Virus record (IMG/VR): IMGVR_UViG_3300043399_000509
Origin: a virus
Direction: 5' to 3' (one strand)
Length of the DNA stretch: 64,000 bases
The position numbers were made by a program, and so were the translations under genes. Below, piece by piece: positions 27,713-38,981 of this stretch; positions within the stretch are counted from its first letter, which is position 1, and each line of letters begins with the position of its first letter. The notes beneath the pieces are model-generated. The model was not told where the DNA came from, did not search any database, and was given only the letters and a program-made list of their open reading frames with translations.

Positions 27713-28114
27713 TTAGAGTTTTATATGCGACCTATGTATTCTCACATAGATTTGATCGTTGTAAAAGTTTTCTGATTCAAGGGCATTGTGAAGTATTTGT
27801 TCTTTCAACTCCAGATAACTACAAGTTCCTTTGGTCTTACACAAGTGTAGAATCTCACGACGAAAGCAAGTCACACCAAACTGTTTTACATCTTCTTTGA
27901 GAAGATTGTTTGAACCATAGTAGTTCTGCCAATCGGATTGCTTTGTCACTTTCTTACGGCGTGTCTTACCCTTGACCTTTTTGGTTCTGGTAAAAGAGAA
28001 TAGTTTCTTACCTATGTATTTCTTTTTTGTGAAGATGTTTTCTATGAGATAGACAAAGCCGACATAACCTTCAGCCTGTTCTTCCTTGAACTCCTCACCC
28101 TGATACATCCACAT
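27713..28114 (-). CDS. GIY-YIG nuclease, conserved in T4-like phages
   Basis: GFVYLIEN...KYIGKK, YYGS, FYND. Confidence 0.8.
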   Translation of the reverse strand: MWMYQGEEFKEEQAEGYVGFVYLIENIFTKKKYIGKKLFSFTRTKKVKGKTRRKKVTKQSDWQNYYGSNNLLKEDVKQFGVTCFRREILHLCKTKGTCSYLELKEQILHNALESENFYNDQIYVRIHRSHIKL

Positions 28115-28310
28115 TTATTATAAACAGGTTACCTGAAAGTTTGGACAATCCGAGCGAACACATACATATCCCATAGGACCTTTGAAAGAGATATTACATT
28201 TAGGACAAGTAGATACTATATCTGTTATTTGTGTTGGTATAACAGGATTATGTTTCTTGGCTGCCTCAAATCCATCCTTGAATCCATCACGGTATCCTTT
28301 CTTATAATCA

Positions 28311-28475
28311 TCACTCATCTTCGTTTTCCTCATCATATTTTACATCATCATCGTAGGTTTCTTCAGCACAAAATGGACAGAATCTTGGATAGCCAGTAGT
28401 CATAGACATATCAAACAATAACTTGTATGAAGACTCGCAGTGAGGGCAGGTGTGCTTTTCTACTTCTTTGGTCAT
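28311..28475 (-). CDS. small zinc-ribbon protein
   Basis: CPHC...CPFC with acidic tail; late promoter at 28531-28538. Confidence 0.6.
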   Translation of the reverse strand: MTKEVEKHTCPHCESSYKLLFDMSMTTGYPRFCPFCAEETYDDDVKYDEENEDE

Positions 28476-28533
28476 TAGCATTTCCGTATTTTAGAAAGGG
28501 ATGGGTATTATACCCATCCCTATTTTCGTGTAT

Positions 28534-30462
28534 TTATAGCTCACAGGAACCGCTAACGCAGGCTAATTCTTGAGTACCTGTTGTAGTATCGACCTTTTCA
28601 TAATCAGCAAGTTTAGACCAGTCAACATTTTTAGGCATTTTAGCCAGCAAAGCTTCATATTCTTCTTTAGTACAATCCTGATATGGCATTTGTTTATATG
28701 TTGTATCACTATATGGCAAGAATGATACACCAGACATTTCATCAAAATTCTGCCAGACCCATGCACCAACTTCTGGCCATTCATCTTCCTTTACAGTTAC
28801 TGTGATAGAAGGTTTATGTTCACAGAAATGACGCTGATATGTCAGCCATAGTTCAAGTTGTTCAATGGCAGTCATATCTTTACGGAACACAGCATTTTCT
28901 GGTGCCTTCATTGGGAATGAGAAGACATAGGTATGCTGTGGTTTTGTCACATCATCTTCAACAGGGAAGCCCATATCAAGCATCATCTTTGCCAATGGGT
29001 CTTTCTTGTCTGCCCGTACTGTACGAATGTAGTAAGGGTTATGACGAGCATGAATGCCAGAAGCAGAGTCAACAAGAGCAGAAACTGTGCCTGATGGTTT
29101 TACGCAAGTAATAGCAGCAGACTGAGGAATACCAATCTTATCTGCCCATTCCTTGTTTGTATCAACAGCAGCAACACGCAGACCACTTAGTACATCTTCT
29201 AATGAAGTACCGGCAGCATTACATAGTTTTCCATTAGTATAACCATTATCAAGGATACCAGTCAAGGACACACCAAGTAGTCTTTCTTCCTTGCAGTTTT
29301 CTTCCCACTTCTTTGATATGTACTTGAAGTTTGTTAGGGTAGACTGGATAGTTCCAAGGATTGTGGCCAGACGAACCTTGTTAGCCAATGTCTCTGGTGT
29401 ATCTGTTTCACGCACCACAACTTCTGTAAGATTACAGAACTCACGGGAACGCAGAATGATTTCAGAGCAAGGATTAGTTCCAAAGTCGTGGTTAGGATCA
29501 CGGCGGCCATACTTTTCAGCCTGATCCTTGGATGCTGTACGAGAGAAGATACCACGCTCACCAGACTTTGACTGATAAAGAGATAGCCATTCACGCATAA
29601 ACACACCAACATCAGGCTTTTCCTTTGCCACGAATGAGTTATTGGCTAGAGCACGCTGAACACTATCTTCCCACCAAGCACCAGACTTGGCAGTTCTCAT
29701 CCGATCATCAGAAAGATCAGAGAGAGAAATGAGAGCAGAACGGCGAACACCACCGACAACCACGATCTCCGCAATCTTACATACAATGTCATGGCACTCC
29801 AATGTGTTAAGTCTACGACCAGCAGCACCCTTGAATGTCTTTACAACAAACTCAAAGAGTGAAACAAGTGGTTCTGGGCCAGAGGCACGACCACCAAAAA
29901 CCTTGAGTGGAGCACCAGCAGGACGAACCTTTGACACATCCCAACCAGGAACCTGACCTGAATATAGAAGATGAATGAGTTCCTTCAATGCCTTGGCCCA
30001 ACCAAGCTTACTATCAGCAACAGCAATGGTTGTGTCTGTTGAATGAAACTCCTCAGCAACCATAGGTAGTTGCTCAACAAACTTTGACTCAACAGAGAAG
30101 CCAACGCCTGTGCCATTCATAAGAATGTAAAGGATTTCATCAAAGGCACGGGGACTATCAACAGCAACATAGGAGCAATTATAACCAGCAACATTCTCAC
30201 GCTTCAGTGCTTCACCAGCAGTCATAAGACAACGCATTGATGGCATGATTTCAAGGTTCATCACAGCATCCTTTAGTTCCTGACGAGTCTTTGTGTCAAT
30301 AGTAAAGTTATGCATATCCTTTAGGTGTTCGTCAAAGAAGTTGAAATACCGATCAACAGTCTCACCCCAGTTTTCACGACGATTCTTTTCTGGTAGCCAT
30401 CGTGAATAACGGGAAAGGTGGATGTATTCTTGGTATAAGGTGGGGAAAAAATTGGTAGTCAT
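28534..30462 (-). CDS. nrdJ: class II (AdoCbl-dependent) ribonucleotide reductase, monomeric type
   Basis: YNCSY, GTGVGFSVE, TNPCSEI, CNLTE, CVKPSGT and C-terminal CxxxxC. Confidence 0.92.
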   Translation of the reverse strand: MTTNFFPTLYQEYIHLSRYSRWLPEKNRRENWGETVDRYFNFFDEHLKDMHNFTIDTKTRQELKDAVMNLEIMPSMRCLMTAGEALKRENVAGYNCSYVAVDSPRAFDEILYILMNGTGVGFSVESKFVEQLPMVAEEFHSTDTTIAVADSKLGWAKALKELIHLLYSGQVPGWDVSKVRPAGAPLKVFGGRASGPEPLVSLFEFVVKTFKGAAGRRLNTLECHDIVCKIAEIVVVGGVRRSALISLSDLSDDRMRTAKSGAWWEDSVQRALANNSFVAKEKPDVGVFMREWLSLYQSKSGERGIFSRTASKDQAEKYGRRDPNHDFGTNPCSEIILRSREFCNLTEVVVRETDTPETLANKVRLATILGTIQSTLTNFKYISKKWEENCKEERLLGVSLTGILDNGYTNGKLCNAAGTSLEDVLSGLRVAAVDTNKEWADKIGIPQSAAITCVKPSGTVSALVDSASGIHARHNPYYIRTVRADKKDPLAKMMLDMGFPVEDDVTKPQHTYVFSFPMKAPENAVFRKDMTAIEQLELWLTYQRHFCEHKPSITVTVKEDEWPEVGAWVWQNFDEMSGVSFLPYSDTTYKQMPYQDCTKEEYEALLAKMPKNVDWSKLADYEKVDTTTGTQELACVSGSCEL

Positions 30463-30465
30463 ATA

Positions 30466-30816
30466 TTACTCCTTATTGAGTCTTTTATCGATTACTGGCT
30501 TATCACATGCAACAATCAGTTCATCTAAATCATTTCGCATAATCAATAATTGTTTTTTAAGTTCTTTGGTAATGTTATCAATATCATCCTGTAAAACAAA
30601 ATTACACATCAGTTTTATTTTTTGTATTTTATCTTCAATTTGTTCCAAAATATTTTGAGAGTTAATTATAGCAAAATCTGATTCTAACTCTTTTGAAACT
30701 TTATTGAAAGCAAGGTGTGATGCTCCACTTTTATTAATAAAAGTGTTCATCAAGTTTTCATTATTGGTATTATGTTCGCTTAGAACAAGTCTTGGTTCTG
30801 TTGTATGCTTAATCAT
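30466..30816 (-). CDS. hypothetical protein
   Basis: AT-rich ORF coupled to the endonuclease gene. Confidence 0.5.
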   Translation of the reverse strand: MIKHTTEPRLVLSEHNTNNENLMNTFINKSGASHLAFNKVSKELESDFAIINSQNILEQIEDKIQKIKLMCNFVLQDDIDNITKELKKQLLIMRNDLDELIVACDKPVIDKRLNKE

Positions 30817-31402
30817 TAATTACTCCTGTATCTTTATTTAAACTATGTTCGTATATTTCTTTTATTTTTTTCAAAAATAAATCTTTTGGTTCACTCATTT
30901 TCATAGAATTACATCTACTACAACATGGTACAGAATTGTCAATAGAATATCCTTTTGAACTATCTATTCTATCAATTCCATTTATAGGAATTTTAATCCC
31001 TACTTGGTTGTGTGATACTCCTTCATGAAGTTTAGGATTGTCTCCACAATAGTGACATTCTTTTTGAACCAAAGATGAAAATTCATCAAAAGTTATTTCA
31101 TAATTTAAATTTTTGAATTTAGCATATCGCTTTTTTTCACCATAAAGAAAATTCAAATAACTATCTTCTGTCCTTTGATTTTTTCCTTTTTCTATTGCTA
31201 AATCTTTTCTTAAACATCCACAACTTTGTGTTTTTCCATTATAGATATAATCTTTTCTTATCCATTTTTCATTTCCACATTCACAACAACATTTTAAAAA
31301 AACCCGTGATACTTTATTTTTACCTACTTTTTTTCTTTTTTCTGGCACATCTAAAATTGTTAATCTTCCTATCTTACTAAATGTTGGTGTGATATATTTC
31401 AT
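30809..31402 (-). mobile_element. HNH-like homing endonuclease
   Basis: C.CECG, SCGC, CHYCG, GIDRIDS..GY...N.VPCC..CN.MK; AT-rich. Confidence 0.85.
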
Positions 31403-31450
31403 GTACTATTTCTCCAATATTGATATTTGGTAATGCTATTTAGTACATTA

Positions 31451-32119
31451 TTACCAAGGAGAATCATATCCACCTAAAGCATCCCCAATTTTAGGAAACT
31501 TTAAACAAATAATTTTTTTACATTCCAATGCAATATCTCTATGCTCTTTTTGTGTTCCATTTTTTTCTCTTAAAGATATGAAGGTAATCCATGATCTTAG
31601 CGTACCATTCATATAAAGTCTACTGTTAGTTATACCCTCGGGCAAAATGGCACGGGCTTGCTCTTTGGCAATACCATTTTCGATGGCCCATTTGTATGCC
31701 AATGTAATTTCGTGTATGAGTTGTTCCTGTTTTATAACCCAGGTCTTTTGTAGGTCCTCATCTGTAGTTTCGATTGAGTTCTGTCTGTTCTTTGAGTCCT
31801 GTAGACGGGCTTCTCTTATAGTGAAGCCGAGCTGTGTTGGATCAGCATATCTTTGAGAAAACTCTTGGAATGTGAAGCTTCTGTGTCGCAGTATTTGTCT
31901 GGCAATATCTCTGGTGGTATTGATCTCCATAACAACATTTACCATTTCAAAGATAGACCAATGCTTGTTGTCTATACAATACTTGAGAAGTTTTGATGAA
32001 GTCTCAAAATTATTTTGATTTGATGGATTGCTGACACGAGCACAATATGAAATCAACTGTTCGGCTGTTTCCATATTACCATCTATTGGTTCACTTATTG
32101 AAATAAGTTTTACACTCAT
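31451..32119 (-). CDS. thyX: flavin-dependent thymidylate synthase
   Basis: HWSIFE, QILRHRSFTFQEFSQRY, KEQAR..LP. Confidence 0.95.
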   Translation of the reverse strand: MSVKLISISEPIDGNMETAEQLISYCARVSNPSNQNNFETSSKLLKYCIDNKHWSIFEMVNVVMEINTTRDIARQILRHRSFTFQEFSQRYADPTQLGFTIREARLQDSKNRQNSIETTDEDLQKTWVIKQEQLIHEITLAYKWAIENGIAKEQARAILPEGITNSRLYMNGTLRSWITFISLREKNGTQKEHRDIALECKKIICLKFPKIGDALGGYDSPW

Positions 32120-32559
32120 ATAATCCTCACTTTTTTTGTTCTCTCAATAGGTACACGAAAGAATAACTCCCCATGTGAAATATTCTTGTTTGATACTGAC
32201 TTCTTAGGACAACCAGAGACTATTTTTCCTGATGTGAAAAGAGCGTGTGTCTTCTCAGCATTTACTACACAGAAAAATATTGGCTTATCTAATTTTAGAA
32301 ACTTCTCTTTTCTTTCCTCAATATTCAGTTCTTTATACGGAAAGTTATCACCTTTCCATGCCATTTTTTGTTGAACTTCACAATAGTATTCCTGTGAGTC
32401 TATCACAACAATGAGGTCTGGACCATATTTATCTTCGTTTATGGTTGCTTTTACACCTTTTTGGGCAAAGTAGTCCAAAATATTTTTTTTCACATTATCG
32501 TGAATATTATATAGTTTGGAGTCAAAAGTCTTGTATTCACCAATCATATTTTCTTCCAT
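32116..32559 (-). CDS. hypothetical protein, possible PD-(D/E)xK nuclease
   Basis: GPDL...EVQQK. Confidence 0.5.
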   Translation of the reverse strand: MEENMIGEYKTFDSKLYNIHDNVKKNILDYFAQKGVKATINEDKYGPDLIVVIDSQEYYCEVQQKMAWKGDNFPYKELNIEERKEKFLKLDKPIFFCVVNAEKTHALFTSGKIVSGCPKKSVSNKNISHGELFFRVPIERTKKVRII

Positions 32560-33578
32560 AAATCAAACTGAACTTTTGCTTTTAGTCCTGTGAAGGTATT
32601 ACTATCTATAATACATTTTATATCGGTTGGTGTCATACCTTCCAGCACCATATCGTTTATATCCTTACTTGCGATATTTTGAGGCCAGATACATAATGTC
32701 CTACCCTTTGCAATCGCCTTTTGCATAAACTTTACGATATGAGGATTTCGTGGTTCATTGTCAAAAACAAACACATAGTCATGGTCACCAACTGTTGAAT
32801 ATACTGAAGTTAAGTTGGCGTCCATTGTGGCGATGGTATTAGGTAGGAACATGCTGTCAATGGGACCTTCAACCACATAAACTGTTTTTGAAAGGTCAAC
32901 TATATCAAGACCATATACCTTGGCTACTGAATCATCTTTCTTCAGGGTGATATACTTTATTGGAGACCCAGAGATAGTTCTGCCCTGGACTGCAATAAGA
33001 TTATTGTCTTTGTCGAAGATTGGGATGATTACTCGTTTGTCATTCTTATGAAGACTCTTATTTGACATAGACTCAGGAAATAGAGTTTTAGCAAACTCAC
33101 CAAAGTCATCTGTATAATACAGTTTCGAAAACATGTTCTTTGGAATCTTTCTCCCAAGGACATACTGTCGTGCTGGATGATCTTGTGGCAACTCCGACAA
33201 TAATGATGCAGGCAACTTATTTTCTTTGGTTATTTGTTTGGAAAATACAGGCTTCTCTTTGAGTTCTGTGAAGTCTGGTTGTGCAACATTTGCGGATGCA
33301 TTTGTTTCCATGTATGTCTCTAACTTATGTTGATTGTACAACACAACATCCACAGACTTTAGGAATGATGAAAGAGACATGGATGCACCACAGTTGTGGC
33401 ATGTATAAAAAAGATTGTCCGTTTTTCTATACAGAAAGCCTCTTGCCTTACTCTTATTTTTCTTGGAATCGTTACAGATGGGACATCTAAAGTTCCAGAG
33501 ATAATCATTTTTTTGTTTGAATCTTTCCAATCTCATGGAGACCAGAGACACAAACTTTCTATCAACAAATAAAGACAT
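32544..33578 (-). CDS. 61: DNA primase (T4 gp61)
   Basis: NFRCPICNDS, CHNCG, VVEGPIDSMF, DNEPRN, KDINDM. Confidence 0.95.
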   Translation of the reverse strand: MSLFVDRKFVSLVSMRLERFKQKNDYLWNFRCPICNDSKKNKSKARGFLYRKTDNLFYTCHNCGASMSLSSFLKSVDVVLYNQHKLETYMETNASANVAQPDFTELKEKPVFSKQITKENKLPASLLSELPQDHPARQYVLGRKIPKNMFSKLYYTDDFGEFAKTLFPESMSNKSLHKNDKRVIIPIFDKDNNLIAVQGRTISGSPIKYITLKKDDSVAKVYGLDIVDLSKTVYVVEGPIDSMFLPNTIATMDANLTSVYSTVGDHDYVFVFDNEPRNPHIVKFMQKAIAKGRTLCIWPQNIASKDINDMVLEGMTPTDIKCIIDSNTFTGLKAKVQFDLWKKI

Positions 33579-33651
33579 AGTGCCTCACATGAATGGATTT
33601 GGGGGAAGTCCATTCAACATACAACAGTTAGATGGTCATGTCAAGGGGTTG

Positions 33652-34098
33652 TTATTTCAAGAAGTTTAGTGCTTGGGCGATGAGGAACACTGCCAGAGAT
33701 ATACCACCCATGATCATATATCTCCAGGTTTCGATAACATTTATTTTTTTCCCAAGGTCTTCCTTGACCTTTTGAAGTTCTTGTAAAATTGCATTTTCAG
33801 TTCTATCAATTTTTTGATTTAGTTCCTTAATATCGGTCGTATGCTCTTTCTGTTGTCTTTCCAATATTACTTCTACTTCTTTGTTTATCTGCTCTTGTGC
33901 CTGCATCTTTTGCTCTTGAAGTGATACTATTTTTGATAATTCAGTCGCAACCACCTGAAGTTTATCAATCGTTGTATCCATTTTTTCGCAAAGTTTAGAA
34001 ATCATACCTATGTCTTTTTTCATAAGTTCAATCTCAACCTTTTGGCTATAGGCTGATACAGCATTATTATAATCTGGAAAATCATTACTGTTGGTCAT
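33652..34098 (-). CDS. coiled-coil protein with C-terminal TM helix
   Basis: Heptad pattern; IETWRYMIMGG plus hydrophobic tail. Confidence 0.65.
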   Translation of the reverse strand: MTNSNDFPDYNNAVSAYSQKVEIELMKKDIGMISKLCEKMDTTIDKLQVVATELSKIVSLQEQKMQAQEQINKEVEVILERQQKEHTTDIKELNQKIDRTENAILQELQKVKEDLGKKINVIETWRYMIMGGISLAVFLIAQALNFLK

Positions 34099-34490
34099 TA
34101 GTCCCTCTTTTTACCGTATTTTGCATAGAACATATAACCAGTTTTTTCATCCTCAAAAATGATAGGAGACTTAGGATTTTTCCTAGCATATTCTCTTATT
34201 TCAGGATGTAGATCATTATCTTCAATATATTTTCGCCAATGCTTTCCTTTTAGTTTTTCATATCTGGCTTTTTCAAAAATATTTGATGGAACCTTGAATG
34301 TCTTATTTCCAGCAAATATTCCTGTTTGTAGCCGCCTCATAATCGCACTTGAATCTTTTTCATTCTGTTTCTTGTACTTGTTGTCTGCTCTTGGAAAGGC
34401 TTGTGCATCATCACCAGTTCCAGGAACAGCGGCACCTGTGACATTTGCAATCTCTTCTCTGATCTTAGTCATTGTTTTACCTCTTGACAA
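34098..34490 (-). CDS. hypothetical (probably virion) protein
   Basis: EEIANVTGAAVPG...IREYARKNP..PII.EDE.TG.M. Confidence 0.6.
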   Translation of the reverse strand: MSRGKTMTKIREEIANVTGAAVPGTGDDAQAFPRADNKYKKQNEKDSSAIMRRLQTGIFAGNKTFKVPSNIFEKARYEKLKGKHWRKYIEDNDLHPEIREYARKNPKSPIIFEDEKTGYMFYAKYGKKRD

Positions 34491-34567
34491 GCCTTGACAA
34501 CCCTATATAATCGCTGTGTGGCGGTTTCAATGAATATATTTATCTGTATTGTATTTTATAGGTTTTC

Positions 34568-34954
34568 TTAGATGTCTCTAAGTCTCTTAGCTACAAACAA
34601 GTCAATACTAATGGTTGATGACAATATGTTTGTGTCGTTTATACCAAAGACTATTTTAGGCATGTAGTTAAGGAATAGTAGGAAGGTTTTTAGTATTTCA
34701 TAATCTTCTTTATCGAACTTATAGAATAACATTCTAACAGCAGCTTCTGTACCAAAGACATTAGAAAGGACAATGATATGATTTAATATCAATCGTTCTT
34801 TTAGTTCTCCTGTTGTCTTATATCTCTTGATAAGTCTTTTTATGTATTTGATTCTTTTTAGGTCTTCTTCAAACTCACTCATCACACAGTTAGGATTATC
34901 ATAACACTTTATCGCATACATAATAAAGTTATCTTCATTCAAATTATTAAACAT
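34568..34954 (-). CDS. conserved T4-like hypothetical protein
   Basis: YDNPNC..EFEEDLKRIKYIKRL...GELKERLILNHII. Confidence 0.8.
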   Translation of the reverse strand: MFNNLNEDNFIMYAIKCYDNPNCVMSEFEEDLKRIKYIKRLIKRYKTTGELKERLILNHIIVLSNVFGTEAAVRMLFYKFDKEDYEILKTFLLFLNYMPKIVFGINDTNILSSTISIDLFVAKRLRDI

Positions 34955-35370
34955 TTATTATTAAATTTCAGTTTCTTTCTTGCTTGATTCTATACATTTA
35001 AATTTTTCAATCTTCCAGTCCTCATGTTCTCTAAACCAATGAGTAAGGTTGATCATTGAACTTTGAACACATTGTTGCATAGTGACTTCTTCTTCAAACT
35101 TTACTTCAAACTCTTTACATTTAGCAGGATCGTCTATCAAACATGCCAGTATTATTAAAGATATCATAACACATAGTGTCTCCTATTTTTGTTTGTGCAT
35201 TCCCGGTAGTAGTTTGTCTGGATGATAGATTTGAGACATTTCAGCTTTACGCCTTCGTTCTCTCACATATTGTGCTGCCTTTTCGGGGTCATTCTTAACA
35301 CCAGGAAACTTATCCAGATATCTTCTTGGCATTTGATCTAGAAAATCAGTATACTGCTCTTTTATCTTAT

Positions 35371-36444
35371 TCAAGACTTTTTTTTTACATCTTCATTGAC
35401 TGTTTTTGAAGATGGTGCATTTGCCTTGGAAATCATTTCAATGTCTTTATTTGTTCTGTATGCTGATCTGGCAACTCTTTTTTTGATTCCAGCGACTTTT
35501 CTAAGTCTATCAGTAAGCACATCAACTTCCTTATCTGGAGCACCTCTTTGTGTTGCTCTCATTAAAGATGATTTAGCATCTGCAATCTTGGCTTCTCTTT
35601 TACCTTCAGCCAAGATAGACATTGCGGCTTCTTTGGCTTCTTTTAGATTTTCTTTTTTAGGGAAATACTTTTTATACTTTTTTTCTAGTTTGAGTCTTGT
35701 ATATGCATTTCCATTTTTCTTATAGTCATCAATAAGAGACCTTAGATCAGTTGCCTTTTCTTCTTCACCTTGATCTTTTAGTGTTTTATGTGTCATTTCC
35801 CATTTAGAAATAGGAGCAGGTATAAGTTTATCACCTATTTCTGGACCCATTGCTCCGGCAGCACCCATTGTCATGGCAGCAAGACCAGCAGCCATGTTTC
35901 TCATGCTGTTGTCTTTGGCTTCTTCTAACTTTTCTTCACGACGATCTTCTGCTGACTCCAGGCTTTCTTCATCGTCGCCTTCATCTGTATTGTCATTGAG
36001 TTCGTCTTCAAGATCGTTCATGATTTCATCAAGTTCATCCTGAGAAACAATCTCACAGAAAACATCAAATAGTCCTTTATCATTCATTCTATATTCAAAG
36101 TATAGAGAATATGGTGAGGTGTTTTTTGTGACAACCTCACCATTATTCTGCATACCAAACTTATTTCCAAACTGAGAAATATTGAAGGTTACCATTCCTG
36201 AATCATTTTCAAGGAATGTTGTCTTTGGGACATGAATATGAAAGTTTCCAAGAACCTTGGCAACTCTTTCCATGGCAATGTATGGTGTGACAAAGCATCT
36301 ACCAGTAACACCATGTAGTAGAGTATTGATATTATCTCTCACAGAAGAATCGTCAATATCCATACTTCCACTTCTTACATATGGAGTCAAATCTACTTCT
36401 TCTGTTGTAAAAGTCTTGAAGGTTTTCATTGTTCTATGTCCCAA
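35371..36444 (-). CDS. putative internal head protein
   Basis: MKTFKTFTTEE; repeated L.E sites resembling gp21 protease cleavage sites. Confidence 0.6.
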   Translation of the reverse strand: MGHRTMKTFKTFTTEEVDLTPYVRSGSMDIDDSSVRDNINTLLHGVTGRCFVTPYIAMERVAKVLGNFHIHVPKTTFLENDSGMVTFNISQFGNKFGMQNNGEVVTKNTSPYSLYFEYRMNDKGLFDVFCEIVSQDELDEIMNDLEDELNDNTDEGDDEESLESAEDRREEKLEEAKDNSMRNMAAGLAAMTMGAAGAMGPEIGDKLIPAPISKWEMTHKTLKDQGEEEKATDLRSLIDDYKKNGNAYTRLKLEKKYKKYFPKKENLKEAKEAAMSILAEGKREAKIADAKSSLMRATQRGAPDKEVDVLTDRLRKVAGIKKRVARSAYRTNKDIEMISKANAPSSKTVNEDVKKKS

Positions 36445-36452
36445 TCTTTATA

Positions 36453-37058
36453 TTATACGCCAGAATACCAAACGTTGTCTGCTGGATCATCACCAGTGAT
36501 TGAACCCATGGCAATGAGAGTTTCAGTCTGGATACGGCCTGCACGACCACCAAGAGTAACTGTAAATGTGGGTGCTGAAGTATTGGCACCATTTGTTGCA
36601 ACAGTGATTGCACTAACATTGGAGAATCCATCCCCACCATTTACAATGGTAAGTGTACCAATGGTATTCCAGGCAGAGTTGGTTGAAAATACTTGAAGTG
36701 TATTCTGTGAGTTGGCTGTGGTGAAGGAAATATTGACATTTGCACCCTTACCCAAAGAACTGCCATCTGTTACAATAAGGAAGCCTGAAGCATTGATACC
36801 TGTACCACCAGTTGCAGTAATGCTTGCGATTGGGCCTGTACCAACCTTTAGGCTGACCCAACCAGCATGTGTTGGATGCTGTGGAAGGCTATTTGCTCTT
36901 TCTTCTTCAGTTACAGATACACCGGCAACAACACCATAGTACTTGACAGTATTAGCTGCTGTTCCGTTGATAGTTGATTTGGATGTGGTTAGTGATGTGT
37001 TGGCAAATAGTGGTTTTTGATTACCTGTTGCATTATCTAAGTTACCCCAAAGGCTCAT
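36453..37058 (-). CDS. virion structural protein (putative)
   Basis: MSLWG...HAGWV...GGRAGRIQTETLIAM; late promoter at 37095-37102. Confidence 0.65.
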   Translation of the reverse strand: MSLWGNLDNATGNQKPLFANTSLTTSKSTINGTAANTVKYYGVVAGVSVTEEERANSLPQHPTHAGWVSLKVGTGPIASITATGGTGINASGFLIVTDGSSLGKGANVNISFTTANSQNTLQVFSTNSAWNTIGTLTIVNGGDGFSNVSAITVATNGANTSAPTFTVTLGGRAGRIQTETLIAMGSITGDDPADNVWYSGV

Positions 37059-37369
37059 TTTTCTTTACTCCTAAAATAAGTTTATGTTCGTTTATATTTA
37101 TATTCTGTAGATAATCCTAACAGATACGGCAAACTACCTTGTTTGGTCTATTGTATCCAAAGAAGGGTCCATATTTAGTTCTTGATTGGCACCTTTATGA
37201 ATGTTGGTTTTATCTTCTTCTTGTGCCAACTTATTTTTTCTTTTTACCAATCTTGCTTTTCTCATACTTTGATGAGAACCATTGTATCTTTGGCCGTGAG
37301 ACTCATCTAGTTTTGCTAATGATTCACGGCCAAAAGACTTTATTGTTTCAATAAGTTTAGATGACATGA

Positions 37370-38911
37370 TTATCCTTTTAAAAACTTATTGCGAAGGAAC
37401 TGCTCAAATGATTCTTTGATTGGCTTTGGTGATTCTGTTTCTTCACGAATACCAATGGCTCTGTTCATAATATCACCTGTTGTTTCTGGTCTTCTCACCA
37501 TTTGTCTTGACGTGGGTCTTGACATTCCTGGTCTCTGAGACATTCCTGGTCTAGTTGCTTGTCTTTGTATTGGCCTTACAGATGATGTTCCTGGTTTAGA
37601 TACTGCTCCAGGTCTTTGTACAGACTGCTGTGGTATATTTGGGGTTGTTTTTCCACCGGGTTTTGTTACTGGACCAGAAGGCTTTGATTTTCCAACATCA
37701 TATCCTTTTGGTAAAAGTGAATTTGTTTGGGATGGGGTCCCAAGAGCACCAGTTCTACCTTGTGGGGATACTGAAGGACCTTGTGGTGCAGCAGGTACTG
37801 GACGTTTTTGTTGTGCACCAGATAATGGTCCGCTCTTTGAAGTAACAGGACCGAGATTTCCAGCAGATGTTGATCCACCCTTTAGTGGTGTTACCACATT
37901 ACTTGTTCTGTTGCCTTGACCAGTTGTTAAAGGTGTTGAACTGCTTGATGAAGTTGGTGCAGTAGCAGCAGGCTTCGCTAATGGTTCAATTGAAGGTTTA
38001 TTATCTACATTTTTTAGTGGAATTGATGGAGCATCTCTAGATTTACCATAAACATTTGTTTCACCTGCTTCCATCAAACCAAGAATTTCAAGTTGTTCTT
38101 CTGTAAGCGAACCAACAAAATTAGTAAACGCAGATTCATCACCAGACTCATAAACTGCGACCAATCTTTCTTCAAGATTTGTGCGGATTTCTTCTAGGAT
38201 TGATTCAATATCTTCATTCATCTTATCTTTCTTAGATAGCCCAGCCTGACTTAGAGCAATAGCAACTGCCTGCTTTTGGCCTTTCTTGGTCATAGGAACA
38301 GTCTTTTCTGACTTACCAATATGTTCCTTACCCTGCTTCCACTTGTGCATAACCTTGGCAACCTTTTCTTTTTGTGACTCAGTTGCCTTTTCTTCTTCAA
38401 CCACACCACGGCCTTTTAGAACATCACCATGTGTGATCTTATTTGGATCACCATGAAGCTTGGCCAATGCTCTTTCCTTGGCGTTTCTTGGAGTAGAACC
38501 TTCGTCCTTGGCTTCATCCAAATCCTTTGGATATTCAATCTTCTTGCCTGTCATTCTCTTGTATGCATCTTCGTGTTCTTTCTTCTTAGCAACAAGATGA
38601 GGCATTCTTCCACCAGATTTGATTGCCTTATGAATGCGGATAGCTTCGGCTCTGTGATGCTCTGGTGTTGCAGGAGACGATTTTTTATCCTCGTCCTTTT
38701 TATTATGAGATTCTTCTTCCATGGCACATCTCTTTGTTTCCTCAAAGATGGCATCATATTCAGCATGGTATTCATGAGGTAGGGCTTTCTTGGAAACAAC
38801 TCCAAAATGCTCATTCACAGCGGTTTCTACTCTGCGTAGAATATCGTTGTGTTCCATCACATTCTTGATTGATTCAACGAGTGGGTCATTCTTATTGGTC
38901 TTTGTGAACAT
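37370..38911 (-). CDS. large low-complexity putative internal virion protein
   Basis: Modules separated by L.E/EE sites; KVAKVMH...QAVAIALSQAG module; P/S/T/G-rich tail; late promoter at 38961-38968. Confidence 0.65.
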   Translation of the reverse strand: MFTKTNKNDPLVESIKNVMEHNDILRRVETAVNEHFGVVSKKALPHEYHAEYDAIFEETKRCAMEEESHNKKDEDKKSSPATPEHHRAEAIRIHKAIKSGGRMPHLVAKKKEHEDAYKRMTGKKIEYPKDLDEAKDEGSTPRNAKERALAKLHGDPNKITHGDVLKGRGVVEEEKATESQKEKVAKVMHKWKQGKEHIGKSEKTVPMTKKGQKQAVAIALSQAGLSKKDKMNEDIESILEEIRTNLEERLVAVYESGDESAFTNFVGSLTEEQLEILGLMEAGETNVYGKSRDAPSIPLKNVDNKPSIEPLAKPAATAPTSSSSSTPLTTGQGNRTSNVVTPLKGGSTSAGNLGPVTSKSGPLSGAQQKRPVPAAPQGPSVSPQGRTGALGTPSQTNSLLPKGYDVGKSKPSGPVTKPGGKTTPNIPQQSVQRPGAVSKPGTSSVRPIQRQATRPGMSQRPGMSRPTSRQMVRRPETTGDIMNRAIGIREETESPKPIKESFEQFLRNKFLKG

Positions 38912-38981
38912 TTCTGGGTTCCTTTTATCCTTGTGATTTAGTTATAAATGGGATTTACTATATTTATATATTTATCTTTTC

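Noticed and set aside
28534-30462. Intron or intein in nrdJ, or class I assignment
   Set aside because: The ORF is continuous with normal length and class II motifs, and no nrdB is adjacent.
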